The notes: generated by a model not told the origin, from the sequence alone. A stretch of 32,000 nucleotides of DNA from Ignicoccus hospitalis KIN4/I (GCF_000017945.1 NC_009776.1:1265539-1297538), one strand, 5' to 3'; numbered from the stretch's first letter, positions 1 through 9,641 are shown. Made by a program: numbers and translations.

Positions 1-362
1 TGTAAGTGACCGGGTATGCCCGCGCCGGCCGCCCTCCCTAAGTTCCAACCCGCGTTGATGCCCTCTGGCCTGTACTCTCTTCTAAGGACTTCGACCGAAC
101 GCTTGAATAGCTTCACCATCTCGAGGATCTCGGCGTCGTCCATTTCAGTTACGTCGCTTACATGTCGATAAGGGACTATCATGAGATGACCCGTGTTATA
201 GGGAAAAGCATTCAACACCACGTAGTTGTATTTCCCTCTGTATAGTATTAGAGCTTCCTCGTCGTCCATGTTCGGAAGCTCGCAGAACACGCACTTCCCC
301 TCCTCCTTGCCGGCCTTCTCTACGTACTGCATCCTCCACGGCGTCCACAGTACGTCGAACAC
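1..362 (-). CDS. HIT-family nucleotide hydrolase/transferase (partial; C-terminus lies beyond the left edge)
   Basis: Absent from the ORF track because it runs off the edge. My reverse-strand translation from GTG at 362 gives MFDVLWTPWRMQYVEKAGKEEGKCVFCELPNMDDEEALILYRGKYNYVVLNAFPYNTGHLMIVPYRHV...GWNLGRAAGAGIPGHLH, which ends at the start of the histidine triad. GAGGTGAGG (Shine-Dalgarno-like) lies 4 nt upstream of the GTG, and an in-frame TGA lies just upstream. Confidence 0.75.
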   Translation of the reverse strand, partial: MFDVLWTPWRMQYVEKAGKEEGKCVFCELPNMDDEEALILYRGKYNYVVLNAFPYNTGHLMIVPYRHVSDVTEMDDAEILEMVKLFKRSVEVLRREYRPEGINAGWNLGRAAGAGIPGHL

Positions 363-368
363 CTGGCC

Positions 369-1160
369 TCACCTCGTTAGCAACCAACGAATAGGTATAT
401 CTCCTATGAGCAGCGCCACTAGGAGTCCCCCAGTGATGTAGATAATGAAAGGTATACCATAAGTGACGAATATCTTCTCGTCCTCGCTCAAGAAGCCAGC
501 ATCCACGAACTCTTTAATCTTCCTTTGATGATCTTCGTACTCTTCGTCTATAGAGAAAGTGGTTCGGAGGAGGCGTTCTACTTTATCGTCTTTATATTGT
601 ACCAATTCCAGCGGGAACCAGAATTTCATTTTAAAATAATCCTTCACTTTGACTACTCTAGCTGAGGTCGCTAGGCGCAAGAGCTTTAAGCCTGTAACGT
701 TTAATTCCTTCGCGTGTGAGACGAAGTCGTCGTTTAACAGGTTGGAAATCAACCTCAAGGGGACCCACAAGGCGGCCAGGATCGTTGAGTAAAGCAAGGT
801 TAGCAGAGGTACTGGCAGCAGCGCCCTAGGGCCGCCCAACGCGAAGGGGTACCAAGGCATGTCTACCGTTATGAATAGGAAAGCGAGTACGTCAGCCCCG
901 CCCATCATGTTCCTTAACATTAGAAGGGCGAGTACCAGAATTATTATCGCTCCGCTCAAGAATGAAAAGACTACGTAGTCCCCCAAGCCGGCGGAACTCA
1001 GGGTAACCGCCTCGTAAAGGGATGCCGGGAGCGCGAGAAGCGCTGCGGTCGCCCAGAGCTTCGGCGGTATTTCTCTGGTCTTCCAATCGAGGTACGAGGC
1101 GTAACTCAGAACAACCAACGCCAACGCTGTTCTGTAGACGTCCAACAACCACAAGTCCAT
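369..1160 (-). CDS. Archaeal type IV prepilin/preflagellin peptidase (A24 family, PibD/FlaK-like)
   Basis: 263-aa polytopic membrane ORF. The first catalytic Asp context is YLDWKTREIP. The second is MMGGADVLAF (GxGD type). It has a cytoplasmic insert followed by a C-terminal VTYGIPFIIYITGG helix. Confidence 0.7.
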   Translation of the reverse strand: MDLWLLDVYRTALALVVLSYASYLDWKTREIPPKLWATAALLALPASLYEAVTLSSAGLGDYVVFSFLSGAIIILVLALLMLRNMMGGADVLAFLFITVDMPWYPFALGGPRALLPVPLLTLLYSTILAALWVPLRLISNLLNDDFVSHAKELNVTGLKLLRLATSARVVKVKDYFKMKFWFPLELVQYKDDKVERLLRTTFSIDEEYEDHQRKIKEFVDAGFLSEDEKIFVTYGIPFIIYITGGLLVALLIGDIPIRWLLTR

Positions 1161-1278
1161 TGGAGTGCCCCAAGGGGTTACGCCCGGGGCGTATAACCTC
1201 GGCTGGCTTTTCCTCAGTCATTTGAGGTCCTGCTACCGGGCATGAGTCCTCATTGGCAGTGTAAGGAGAACGGGGGCG

Positions 1279-1366
1279 TGGTGCGGGGGGTGGGATTTGA
1301 ACCCACGCCGGCCTACGCCAGCGGGTCTTGAGCCCGCCCCCTTCGACCTGGCTCGGGCACCCCCGC
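1279..1366 (-). tRNA. tRNA-Leu (anticodon CAA), long variable arm, CCA encoded
   Basis: Reverse complement is GCGGGGG-TG-...-GCGGG-CTCAAGA-CCCGC-TGGCGTAGGCCGGC-GTGGG-TTCAAAT-CCCAC-CCCCCGC-A-CCA. The cloverleaf folds cleanly by hand. Confidence 0.9.
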
Positions 1367-1390
1367 TCCACAGTGCGGGTCACACCTAGG

Positions 1391-1399
1391 ATTATTAAG
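1391..1399 (-). promoter_or_regulatory. TATA box (CTTAATAAT on minus strand) for tRNA-Leu
   Basis: A/T octamer centred about 29 nt upstream of tRNA position 1 (1366). Confidence 0.45.
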
Positions 1400-1405
1400 T
1401 TTGGG

Positions 1406-2575
1406 TCATCCCCCTTCCCTTGAAGACTCTAACATCCTTTCGTAGGTTTTCATCATCACTTTTACGAAGATCTTGTAAGCCCTCTCAGGGGGGAGTTCGG
1501 GGACTGCGGGCAGCTCTTCCGTCCACACGCTCGAGTAAGCGCTCCTTACCCTCTCTGACGTGACGATCTCTAGTTCCCCGAGCTTGCGCTCCAACTCTTG
1601 CTGAATTTTGTATAGCACGTTCGCCAGCTTGGGCGAGAACCTCCACATGTGTCTCTCGAAGAAGTCTTCCCAAGGCATATCGTACTCGAAGCGACGGTAA
1701 GAAGCCTTGATAGCTTCCTCTATTATACCCGGGTCCTCGACCTCATTCCAAACGCTCTCGTCCAACTCGTGGAGGGTTTTGTAAGGGCAGAAAGTACACG
1801 CCACGCGGGGGAGGCCCTTTAGGTAGTCTGGGTGGACGGCGTTGACCTCCCTAACTATCTTGACCACGTCGATAAGGGTCAGTAGGAATATGGGCCTCAC
1901 CTTCTTGAAGTCGAACACCTTAGGGGTCGTAGGAGAGTGGAAAGACAGCCTCTTGAACCTCTTGATGGACTCGAACATGCGTTCGCCGTCAGCCCTCACG
2001 TAGTCCTTCATCTCCTTCAATACCTTCCTTATCGGCTTTACTTTTTGTGTAGTACACCACCTGTTCCCCCTGAAGGGCATCCCCTGCTTCAACATGTTTC
2101 TCATGATCTCCCTGTCAGCTTCTACCACCACTAACTTGACGCCTAGTCGGTTCGCAACTTTCTCGACGAAATCCACGTTTCGTGGGTTTTCTAGGTAGCT
2201 TACATGGGAATAGAGGAGCGTGACGTCGGCGCCCAAGTCGCTTAAGACCTTGGCCGCCGCGACGCTGTCCTTACCCCCAGAGAAGTTCAACACTACCTTA
2301 ATGTTGGGCGGGACCTTCTCGGACAACCACCTCAAGTACCCTTCGTAGTCTCCTGCAACGGAGACGAAGGGCCACTTTATGTCTTCGAAGAACCTACCGA
2401 AATTTAGCGTAATGCCAGAAACTTTCAACATATTGCCATCAATAAAGTCGTTAATTCTAATTGCCTTGCGAACGTCTAACCAAAGGTAGACGTCGTCGTT
2501 TATCCCGGTAAATTCGGCCGAGTCGACGAGCCACGACGCCACTCTCTTCACCTTTATCTCGGGATAGCGTTCCAT
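1406..2575 (-). CDS. PP-loop ATP pyrophosphatase of the PAPS-reductase (CysH/DndC-like) superfamily with an extra N-terminal domain
   Basis: It carries NFSGGKDSVAAAKVL (SGGKDS PP-loop), NRWCTTQKVKPIRK and a C-terminal CTFCPYK. I prefer the ATG at 2575 (MERYPEIKV), which has GGTG just upstream. The ORF track starts at 2599. Confidence 0.7.
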   Translation of the reverse strand: MERYPEIKVKRVASWLVDSAEFTGINDDVYLWLDVRKAIRINDFIDGNMLKVSGITLNFGRFFEDIKWPFVSVAGDYEGYLRWLSEKVPPNIKVVLNFSGGKDSVAAAKVLSDLGADVTLLYSHVSYLENPRNVDFVEKVANRLGVKLVVVEADREIMRNMLKQGMPFRGNRWCTTQKVKPIRKVLKEMKDYVRADGERMFESIKRFKRLSFHSPTTPKVFDFKKVRPIFLLTLIDVVKIVREVNAVHPDYLKGLPRVACTFCPYKTLHELDESVWNEVEDPGIIEEAIKASYRRFEYDMPWEDFFERHMWRFSPKLANVLYKIQQELERKLGELEIVTSERVRSAYSSVWTEELPAVPELPPERAYKIFVKVMMKTYERMLESSREGG

Positions 2576-2646
2576 TGAGGTGCACCGTAACCTTAACACG
2601 CGACGAAAGGTATTTTAAGCGTAGCACGCACACCGTGCGATAAGCT

Positions 2647-2654
2647 TTTATAAT
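2647..2654 (+). promoter_or_regulatory. TATA box (TTTATAAT) for tRNA-Gln
   Basis: Centred about 26 nt upstream of tRNA position 1 (2676). Confidence 0.5.
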
Positions 2655-2675
2655 GTTCGCGAGAGCAGAACCCGG

Positions 2676-2751
2676 AGCCGGGTCGTCTAGCGGCCAAGGA
2701 TGCGGGGCTTTGGCCCCCGTGACCGGGGTTCGAATCCCCGCCCGGCTACCA
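2676..2751 (+). tRNA. tRNA-Gln (anticodon TTG), CCA encoded
   Basis: AGCCGGG-TC-GTCT..GGAT-G-CGGGG-CTTTGGC-CCCCG-TGAC-CGGGG-TTCGAAT-CCCCG-CCCGGCT-A-CCA. The A1:U72 pair fits archaeal tRNA-Gln. Confidence 0.9.
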
Positions 2752-2818
2752 CTTATCCATTCCCTCCCACAACTACAAAGCCTCAAGCGAGCTTTATTAT
2801 GGTCCACGGGACCCCGCG

Positions 2819-3187
2819 GTGGGAGCGGAGGCCTTGTCGGTAAACTTCAGGCACGTGGGAGTAAGGGGGGTCAAGCCCCCGATCGGTACGTGCAACGACC
2901 CCGAGTGTCCTTGGCACGGACATCTAAAGGTAAGGGGCACCATTTTGGAGGGTGTAGTAGTCAAGAAGAAGATGAATAAGGCTGTGGTAGTACGCCACGA
3001 GTACTTGTACTACAACAGGAAGTACCAGAGGTACGAGAGGAGGAAGAGTAACATCCACGCCCGCTTGCCGCCCTGCCTCGCGGACGAGATAAAGGAAGGC
3101 GACGTCGTAGTTATTGGAGAGACGCGTCCCCTGGCTAAGAGTATAAGCTTCGTAGTCCTCGGCAAGAAGGCAGGGGGTGAAGAGTAA
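2819..3187 (+). CDS. rps17: 30S ribosomal protein uS17 (S17P)
   Basis: [32 protein letters not shown]...[19 protein letters not shown] start. A TATA-like GCTTTATTAT lies about 20 nt upstream. Confidence 0.9.
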   Translation: MGAEALSVNFRHVGVRGVKPPIGTCNDPECPWHGHLKVRGTILEGVVVKKKMNKAVVVRHEYLYYNRKYQRYERRKSNIHARLPPCLADEIKEGDVVVIGETRPLAKSISFVVLGKKAGGEE

Positions 3188-3600
3188 TGGTAAAGGCGTC
3201 AGCGAACAAGTCGCGTAGAAAGGTAGTAACCGGCCTCCAAGTGGGCAGCTACGTGAAGGTTACGGACAACAGCGGGGCAAAGGTCGCCATGATTATCGGC
3301 GTGCCCGGCTACCACGGCAGGCTAAGGAGGATTCCTCCGGCGGGCGTGGGCGACATGGTGGTAGTGACTGTAAAGAAGGGAACGCCCGAAATGAGGCACC
3401 AGGTAGTTAGAGCGATAGTCGTTAGGCAGAGGAAGCCTTTCAGAAGGCCCGACGGCACTTGGGTTGCTTTCGAGGACAACGCGGTGGTCATCGTAAGCGA
3501 AGACGGCACGCCGAGGGGGTCGGAGATAAGGGGACCGGTCGCCCGCGAAGCGGTGGAAAGGTGGCCCAGGATAGGCAACGTGGCCAGCATAGTCGTGTGA
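3187..3600 (+). CDS. rpl14: 50S ribosomal protein uL14
   Basis: VTDNSGAK...[31 protein letters not shown] overlap with uS17. Confidence 0.95.
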   Translation: MVKASANKSRRKVVTGLQVGSYVKVTDNSGAKVAMIIGVPGYHGRLRRIPPAGVGDMVVVTVKKGTPEMRHQVVRAIVVRQRKPFRRPDGTWVAFEDNAVVIVSEDGTPRGSEIRGPVAREAVERWPRIGNVASIVV

Positions 3601-3601
3601 G

Positions 3602-3988
3602 GTGAGCGCCGTGCCTATCCCCAAGTCCAAGAAGCCCAGCAAGCAGAGGAAGTTCCTCTACAACGCTCCCTTGCACTTGAGGCATAAGTTCATGAACGCC
3701 CCCCTCAGCAAGGAGCTGAGGGAGAAGTACGGCGTCAAGAGGTTGCCGGTGAGAAAGGGCGACACCGTAAAGATCGTCAGAGGGAAGTTCAGGGGCCACG
3801 AAGGAACGGTCGCCAAGGTAGACCTAAAGAAAGCGAGGATATACGTAGACGGCGCAACGATAGAGAACTCGAGGGGCGAGCAGAGGTTCTACCCCATCCA
3901 CCCTTCGAAAGTGATTATAACCAAGCTAGGTGAGGTCGACAAGGTAAGGCAAAAGATAATAGAGAGGAGGAAGAAGGAGGTGAAGTAA
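3602..3988 (+). CDS. rpl24: 50S ribosomal protein uL24
   Basis: [58 protein letters not shown] start; an alternative GTG is at 3611. Confidence 0.93.
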
Positions 3989-3989
3989 A

Positions 3990-4757
3990 GTGGCAAGGGT
4001 AGGTGGAGGTAAAAGGCACCTAAAGAGGCTCGCCGCCCCGGCCTTCTGGCCCATTCATAGAAAGGAGGCCGTCTGGGCGGTAAAGCCCCGGCCGGGTCCC
4101 CACCCCATAGAGGAGAGCATACCGCTACTGATACTCGTCAGGGACGTGCTCGGATACGCCGAGACCTCTAGGGAAGCGAGGAAGTTGATAGCAGAGGGCA
4201 GAATAAAGGTTGATGGAAGAGTAAGGAAGGACTACAAGTTCCCCGTAGGCGCCATGGACGTAATAGAGATCGTAGGGGCCGACGAGTACTACCGCATGAT
4301 CCCGTACCCAGTCAAGTACCTAGTACCCATGAGGATAGATGCAGAAGAGGCCAAGAAGAAGATCTGTAGAATAGAAAACAAGGTGACAGTTAAGGGCGGT
4401 CACGTCCAGTTGAACTTACACGACGGCAGGAACGTGTTGATAAGGGTAGAAGACCCGCGCAACCCCGTAGAGGCCCAAGAGTACAAGACCTTGGGCGGCT
4501 TACTCATAACGGTGCCCGAGCAAGAGATCTTGGACTACGTCCCCTTCGAGGAGGGAGTAATCGCAATAGTGAAGTCTGGGAGGAACGTAGGAAGGGTCGG
4601 GAGGATAGAGGAAATCGTGAAAGGGATGGGACGGAAGAAGACTCTAGTTAAGATGAGGGACGTACACGACGAAGTGTTTTACACCGTCGCTGAGTACGTA
4701 TTCCCAATAGGGAAGGAAGAGCCCTTGATAAAGTTGCCGGAGGGTGCTTGGAAATGA
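3990..4757 (+). CDS. rps4e: 30S ribosomal protein eS4 (S4e)
   Basis: [26 protein letters not shown]... is a typical eS4 N-terminus. The position between uL24 and uL5 is conserved. Confidence 0.95.
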   Translation: MARVGGGKRHLKRLAAPAFWPIHRKEAVWAVKPRPGPHPIEESIPLLILVRDVLGYAETSREARKLIAEGRIKVDGRVRKDYKFPVGAMDVIEIVGADEYYRMIPYPVKYLVPMRIDAEEAKKKICRIENKVTVKGGHVQLNLHDGRNVLIRVEDPRNPVEAQEYKTLGGLLITVPEQEILDYVPFEEGVIAIVKSGRNVGRVGRIEEIVKGMGRKKTLVKMRDVHDEVFYTVAEYVFPIGKEEPLIKLPEGAWK

Positions 4758-5344
4758 GCGCGGAGTTGGAAGTTAAGCGCTTAGAGGTTCCCCTCCCTCC
4801 CGAAAGGGTTGAAGAGATACTGAAGAGGTGGGAACAACAGCCTATGCTGAAGCCCAGGTTAGCCAAAGTGACGGTCAACATCGCCCTGGGCGAGAGCGGC
4901 GAACGCTTAGAGAAGGCCTACAACTTGCTAGAGGAGCTAACCGGCCAGAGGCCGGTTAAGCGCAAAGCCAAGAAGACCATAAGGCAATTCGGAATAAGGA
5001 GAGGGGAGAACATAGCAGTCATGGTTACCTTGAGGGGACAAAGAGCTGTGGAATTCCTAAAGAAGGCCTTAGAGGCTGTCGGGTGGAAGATCAAAGCCTC
5101 CAGCTTCGACGAGTTCGGCAACGTAGGCTTCGGCATAAGGGAGCACATACAGATACCCGGCACGCGCTACGACCCCAGAGTAGGTATATTCGGCATGGAC
5201 GTGATTCTGACAATAGAAAGACCCGGCTACAGGGTGGCCAGGAGGAGGAGGGCTAGGTCCAAGATCCCCCGGAGGCACAGGGTCACCAAAGAGGAGAGTA
5301 TGGTATTCTTGGCCAAGGAGTTCGGCGTAAAGATCGAGGGTTAA
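4754..5344 (+). CDS. rpl5: 50S ribosomal protein uL5
   Basis: [31 protein letters not shown]...[15 protein letters not shown] overlap with the eS4 stop. The ORF track starts at TTG 4748. Confidence 0.95.
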   Translation: MSAELEVKRLEVPLPPERVEEILKRWEQQPMLKPRLAKVTVNIALGESGERLEKAYNLLEELTGQRPVKRKAKKTIRQFGIRRGENIAVMVTLRGQRAVEFLKKALEAVGWKIKASSFDEFGNVGFGIREHIQIPGTRYDPRVGIFGMDVILTIERPGYRVARRRRARSKIPRRHRVTKEESMVFLAKEFGVKIEG

Positions 5345-5379
5345 AAAAGAACGCGGGAGCGCAAGAGGGGGTGTGAAGA

Positions 5380-5544
5380 ATGGCCAAGTTTAGGCCTCCC
5401 AAGTATAGGAGGTTTGGGCGTGGAGCAAGGAGATGTCAGAGGTGCGGTAGCCAAGACGCCGTCATAACTAAGTACGGATTGTACCTCTGTAGGCAATGCT
5501 TCCGAGAGGTAGCTCCTACTCTAGGCTTTAAGAAGTACAGGTGA
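5380..5544 (+). CDS. rps14: 30S ribosomal protein uS14 (zinc-binding type)
   Basis: Below the ORF-track size cutoff. My translation is [54 protein letters not shown] (54 aa, CxxC...CxxC). Confidence 0.9.
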   Translation: MAKFRPPKYRRFGRGARRCQRCGSQDAVITKYGLYLCRQCFREVAPTLGFKKYR

Positions 5545-5549
5545 GAGCA

Positions 5550-5951
5550 ATGGTGATGCTCGACACTCTCGCGAACGCCCTCACCACAATATACAACAAC
5601 GAAGTTAGGGGCAACAAAGAAGCAATAATAATGCCCGCTTCCAAGTTGATCGCCAACGTACTAAGGATAATGCAGAAGGAAGGCTACGTGGGCGAGTTCG
5701 AATACATAGACGACGGACGGTGGGGCAAGATAAGGGTGAGGCTGCTGGGCAGGATTAACAAGTGTGGCGCAATAAAGCCCAGGGTGTCCGTGAGCTACAG
5801 AGACCTACTGGTCTTGCCGGAGCACTTGAGGAGGTTCTTGCCGTCCAAGGACGTGGGCATTCTGATAATAAGCACCTCCCAAGGACTGATGACCCATAAG
5901 GAGGCCATACAGAAGAGGGTAGGCGGAATAGCTATCGCATACGTCTATTAA
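5550..5951 (+). CDS. rps8: 30S ribosomal protein uS8
   Basis: [24 protein letters not shown]...[26 protein letters not shown]. An alternative GTG at 5541 overlaps the uS14 stop (GTGA). Confidence 0.93.
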   Translation: MVMLDTLANALTTIYNNEVRGNKEAIIMPASKLIANVLRIMQKEGYVGEFEYIDDGRWGKIRVRLLGRINKCGAIKPRVSVSYRDLLVLPEHLRRFLPSKDVGILIISTSQGLMTHKEAIQKRVGGIAIAYVY

Positions 5952-5953
5952 CC

Positions 5954-5961
5954 TTTTGTTG
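5954..5961 (+). terminator. T-rich tract (TTTTGTTG) ending the ribosomal protein block
   Basis: It lies immediately after the uS8 TAA. Oligo-T is the usual archaeal termination signal. Confidence 0.4.
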
Positions 5962-6014
5962 TCCCTTCCACACAAAAATCTCCATTCGCTCTTTAGAACC
6001 CGGGCTCGAGTGCC

Positions 6015-6398
6015 TTGAGGGTCTTGGACCTCGTAGGGAGAGAGATAGTTTGGTGTCCTCCTAATAGCACCTTAAAAGAGGTCGTACACAAGATGAGGGC
6101 TCACAACGTCGGCAGCGTCTTGATACTTAACGGCGACGAGCTCGTGGGCATTTTCACCGAAAGGGACCTAGTAAGGGCCTTCGACGAGGGGGCTAAGCCC
6201 GAAGACCTTGTCAGCGACTTCATGACGCGTAACCCTATAGTTGTGAACCCGGAGGAAAGCTTGGAGAGCGCACTACAGAAAATGTTGGCACACGGGATTA
6301 GGCACTTGCCCGTAGTGTCGCCAGAAGGCAGAGTCCTAGGAGTGGTGAGCTTGAGAGACGTAGTAGAGGCCTTACTGGCGCAGCAAACGCCTATCTGA
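6015..6398 (+). CDS. CBS-domain pair protein
   Basis: Two CBS repeats: HNVGSVLILNGDELVGIFTERDLVRA and HGIRHLPVVSPEGRVLGVVSLRDVVEAL. TTG start. Confidence 0.8.
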   Translation: MRVLDLVGREIVWCPPNSTLKEVVHKMRAHNVGSVLILNGDELVGIFTERDLVRAFDEGAKPEDLVSDFMTRNPIVVNPEESLESALQKMLAHGIRHLPVVSPEGRVLGVVSLRDVVEALLAQQTPI

Positions 6399-6430
6399 GC
6401 TAAAACCTCGCCCGGCGCGGGCCTCTCGAG

Positions 6431-8365
6431 ATGAAAAAGAAGGCAAGCATGAACTATCTCGACGTCGTAGCTTGGATAAGGAAGAACGAAGATCTAATAG
6501 GGTCGACAGTCCAAAACGTCTACTACAAGGACGGCCTAATGTGGATGAAGCTGAAGGGAAAGGGGAGCGGCACTAAGGCGTTGATCGCGGAGCCGGGGAG
6601 GAGGATCCACCTAACGCCCTCTCCTCCGGAAGCCCCGGAGAGGCTTCACCCCTTCGCCGGGGGGCTACGCAAGTTCTTGAAATCCGCCAAGTTGACTTCG
6701 ATCAAGACCGTAGGTTACGACAGAGTCGTCGAGATGAACTTCTCCAAGGGGGGTGAGGTCTACAAACTGATGATAGAGCTGGTGCCCAGAGGGGTTATTG
6801 CCCTTCTTGACCCCGAGAACAAAATACTCTACGCCAACGAATACAAAGAGATGAGGGATAGATCGATAAAGAGGGGTGAGTTATACAAGCCACCTCCAGG
6901 GCCGACCTTCGACCCCTTCAACGACTTGGAGGAGTTAGGAGAAAGGATAAAGAAGGGTAAGGACGTAGTCAGGGGGCTGGTAATAGGTCAGAAGGTGCCG
7001 GGAGACGTAGCCGAGGAAGTGCTGTTCAGAGCTGGGGTCGCTAAGGACAAAAAGCCCAGCGAGGTAAGCCTAGAAGAATTGGAAAGGATTAAAGCAAAAA
7101 TTAGGGAAGTGTACGAAGAGGCGCTGAAAGGGAGGGCATACCTCGTTAGGGCCGAGAGCGAACCAGTGGCCTTCGAGCCCTTCGAGCCGCGGCTGTTTAT
7201 TTCCCAAGGTTATCACGCATCGGAAGGCGACCTAGATCAAATAATAGACGAGTACTTTGCGAACGTGAAGAGCGAAGAGCTGGAAGAAACCTTAGAGGAG
7301 AGGGTAAGAAAGGAAGTAGAGAAACTGAGGAAAGCTATGGAAGAGCAGCTCCGCTTGGCGGAAGAGTACAAGAAGCTTTCAGAAAACTACGAGAAGCTCG
7401 CCACTCAGTTGGCGGCCAACTACGCTGAAATAGAGGAGGTATTAAAGGACGGCAAGGAATACATTATGAAGTTCGAGGACAAGGAGATCGTGTTGAAACC
7501 CGACACGAACCTCGACGAATACATTAGGTCGTTGTTCTCTAAGTCTAAGGAATATGAAAAGAAGTACAAGAGAGCCCTCAAGGCGTACGAAGAGCTCAAA
7601 GAAGAGATGGACAAAGTCGAAGAGAAGGTAAAAGAAGAGATAGCTAAGGAGATAGCTAAGTCGAGGAGGAGGGAGTGGTACGAGAAGTACCACTGGTTGA
7701 TAACGAGCTCCGGGCTGTTGGCGATAGGAGGCAAGGACGCGAGCCAGAACGAAGCGGTGGTGAGGAGGTACTTGGAAGACGACGACATATTCATGCACGC
7801 GGAGGTCCAAGGAGCCCCGGCGGTGGTCCTAAAGACTGAAGGAAAGGAGGTGACCGAGAAGGACTTGAGGGAGGCCGCTTTCCTGACCGCGTGTTATTCC
7901 AAGGCGTGGAAAGAGGGAAGGGGCTCCGTGGACGTCTTCTACGTCAAGGGCTCGCAAGTGAGCAAGAGTCCTCCTCCCGGACAGTACGTCGCCAAGGGAG
8001 CCTTCATAATAAAGGGTAAGAGAGAATACGTCAGAGACGTTCCCTTGAGGCTGGCGCTAGGCGTGGAAATGGTCGAAGGGGGCCCGCGCGTAATTGTGGG
8101 GCCCGAAGAGCTAGTGAGGGAGAGGAGCTTCGCCTACGCCGTCTTGGTCCCTGGGGACGTGGAGAAGAGGAAGGTCGCCCAGAAGCTGAAGAGGCTCTGG
8201 ACCAACAAGCTGAAGGAGCCAGAGCTAAAGGGAGCGATAGAGGGGCTCAGAGAAGAGGAAATAATGGAAAGGATACCGGGAAAAAGTAAGATAGTAAAGG
8301 TAGTTGTCCCAATGAGGAAGCCCGAAAAGTCCGAGGAGGGTGAGGTGAGTGCGGGGCTGGGCTGA
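6431..8365 (+). CDS. NFACT-family RNA-binding protein (FbpA / Rqc2-Tae2 homologue)
   Basis: N-terminal NFACT-N-like region, a long K/E coiled coil, then an NFACT-R/DUF814-like region (HWLITSSGLLAIGGKDASQNEAVVRRYLEDDDIFMHAEVQGAPAVVLK). Confidence 0.8.
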   Translation: MKKKASMNYLDVVAWIRKNEDLIGSTVQNVYYKDGLMWMKLKGKGSGTKALIAEPGRRIHLTPSPPEAPERLHPFAGGLRKFLKSAKLTSIKTVGYDRVVEMNFSKGGEVYKLMIELVPRGVIALLDPENKILYANEYKEMRDRSIKRGELYKPPPGPTFDPFNDLEELGERIKKGKDVVRGLVIGQKVPGDVAEEVLFRAGVAKDKKPSEVSLEELERIKAKIREVYEEALKGRAYLVRAESEPVAFEPFEPRLFISQGYHASEGDLDQIIDEYFANVKSEELEETLEERVRKEVEKLRKAMEEQLRLAEEYKKLSENYEKLATQLAANYAEIEEVLKDGKEYIMKFEDKEIVLKPDTNLDEYIRSLFSKSKEYEKKYKRALKAYEELKEEMDKVEEKVKEEIAKEIAKSRRREWYEKYHWLITSSGLLAIGGKDASQNEAVVRRYLEDDDIFMHAEVQGAPAVVLKTEGKEVTEKDLREAAFLTACYSKAWKEGRGSVDVFYVKGSQVSKSPPPGQYVAKGAFIIKGKREYVRDVPLRLALGVEMVEGGPRVIVGPEELVRERSFAYAVLVPGDVEKRKVAQKLKRLWTNKLKEPELKGAIEGLREEEIMERIPGKSKIVKVVVPMRKPEKSEEGEVSAGLG

Positions 8366-8408
8366 GGGAAAATATTATCCTCACGGCCGCTTTCCTTCAT
8401 GAGGAACC

Positions 8409-9617
8409 TTGAGAGAAGTTTTGGGTACTGCCCTCACGTCGTCTTCCCAGAAAGCCCTATTGCTCGGTTCGGGAGAGCTCGGCAAAGAGGTAGTTATAGA
8501 GCTTCAGAGGCTGGGCGTGGAAGTAGTTGCAGTAGACCGTTACGACCGCGCCCCAGCTATGCACGTAGCCCATCGGAGGTACGTAATAGACATGCTAGAC
8601 TACGACCAAGTGGTCGACGTGGTTCGCAGGGAGCGCCCAGACGTCATAATACCCGAAGTGGAGGCGATTAACACGGACGCCCTCGTGGACTTGGAAAAGG
8701 AAGGTTACTTCGTAGTCCCTAACGCGAGGGCGGTAAAGATAACCATGAACCGGATTGAGCTGAGGAGGCTAGCGGCAGAAAAGGTAGGGGTTCCCACCAC
8801 TCGTTACGCGTTCGCCCACAACGAAGACGAGGCCGCAGAAGCTTGCGAGAAAGTCGGCTACCCGTGCTTGATAAAGCCCGAGATGAGCTCCTCCGGCCAC
8901 GGACACACCTTAGCCTCTTCGCCGGAGGAGGCCCGGGAGGGATTTAAGAGGGCCTTGAAGGAGGCCCGGGGCAAGAGCGAGAGGGCCATAGTAGAAGAGT
9001 TCGTTGAAATAGATAGGGAACTCACCGCCCTAACGTACAGGCACGACACGGGTAATGGAATAGAAACAGTCCCCCTTCCCCCAGTAGAACACAAGAGGCC
9101 CAAGGGCATCTACTACTATTACGAGTCTTGGCACCCCGCTACCGTCAACGACGAAGTGGTGAAGAAGGCTAAGGACATAGCAGTAAAGGTGGTAAACGAG
9201 TTAGGGGGCTTAGGCATCTTCGGGGTTGAGATATTAGTTACCAAGGACGGGAGGGTACTGTTCAGCGAGGTCTCTCCCCGCCCTCACGACACCGGCCTGG
9301 TCACCTTAGCTAGCATGGAGCTGAGTGAGTTCGCAATTCACGCCCGCGCGGTCCTCGGCCTCCCCGTCCCTGAGCCCAAGTTACTAACTCCCGCGGCCTC
9401 TCGAGTGGTGCTGGCAGAGGAGGCCTTGGAGCCCCCCTGCTTGAAGGGGGTCGGCGAAGCGCTTAAGGTGAAGGGCGTCCAGCTGAGGTGGTTCGCCAAG
9501 CCGCGCAGTTACAAGGAGAGGAGGATGGGAGTGTTACTAGCGACCGGCTCCACGGTGGAGGAGGCGTTGGAGAGGGTTAGGAGGGCCGCCGGGTTCCTAA
9601 AAGTGGTTAAGTGTTAA
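8409..9617 (+). CDS. purT: Formate-dependent phosphoribosylglycinamide formyltransferase (GAR transformylase 2)
   Basis: VLGTALTSSSQKALLLGSGELGKEVVIELQRLG closely parallels the PurT N-terminus. An ATP-grasp body follows. TTG start. Confidence 0.88.
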   Translation: MREVLGTALTSSSQKALLLGSGELGKEVVIELQRLGVEVVAVDRYDRAPAMHVAHRRYVIDMLDYDQVVDVVRRERPDVIIPEVEAINTDALVDLEKEGYFVVPNARAVKITMNRIELRRLAAEKVGVPTTRYAFAHNEDEAAEACEKVGYPCLIKPEMSSSGHGHTLASSPEEAREGFKRALKEARGKSERAIVEEFVEIDRELTALTYRHDTGNGIETVPLPPVEHKRPKGIYYYYESWHPATVNDEVVKKAKDIAVKVVNELGGLGIFGVEILVTKDGRVLFSEVSPRPHDTGLVTLASMELSEFAIHARAVLGLPVPEPKLLTPAASRVVLAEEALEPPCLKGVGEALKVKGVQLRWFAKPRSYKERRMGVLLATGSTVEEALERVRRAAGFLKVVKC

Positions 9618-9641
9618 GGTCCTCCTTTTGGGTTATGAAGT

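Noticed and set aside
1161-1278. Search for C/D-box or H/ACA small RNAs in this spacer and the other longer spacers (10362-10492, 25157-25248).
   Set aside because: I found no canonical RUGAUGA ... CUGA box pairs with correct spacing on either strand, only short hairpins and TATA-like elements.
892-1383. 163-aa minus-strand ORF spanning the prepilin peptidase 5' end and the whole tRNA-Leu gene.
   Set aside because: It runs straight through a cleanly folding tRNA and overlaps a motif-supported CDS in another frame.
2457-2979. ORFs 2457-2807 (minus) and 2653-2979 (plus) covering tRNA-Gln.
   Set aside because: Both are explained by the tRNA gene and the uS17 5' region. Their sequences are Arg/Gly/Pro-rich junk.
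7637-7660. Perfect 2 x 12-nt tandem duplication GAGATAGCTAAG (encoding EIAKEIAK) within the NFACT gene.
   Set aside because: It lies in a low-complexity K/E coiled-coil segment where such slippage duplications are expected. It is in frame and has no further significance.
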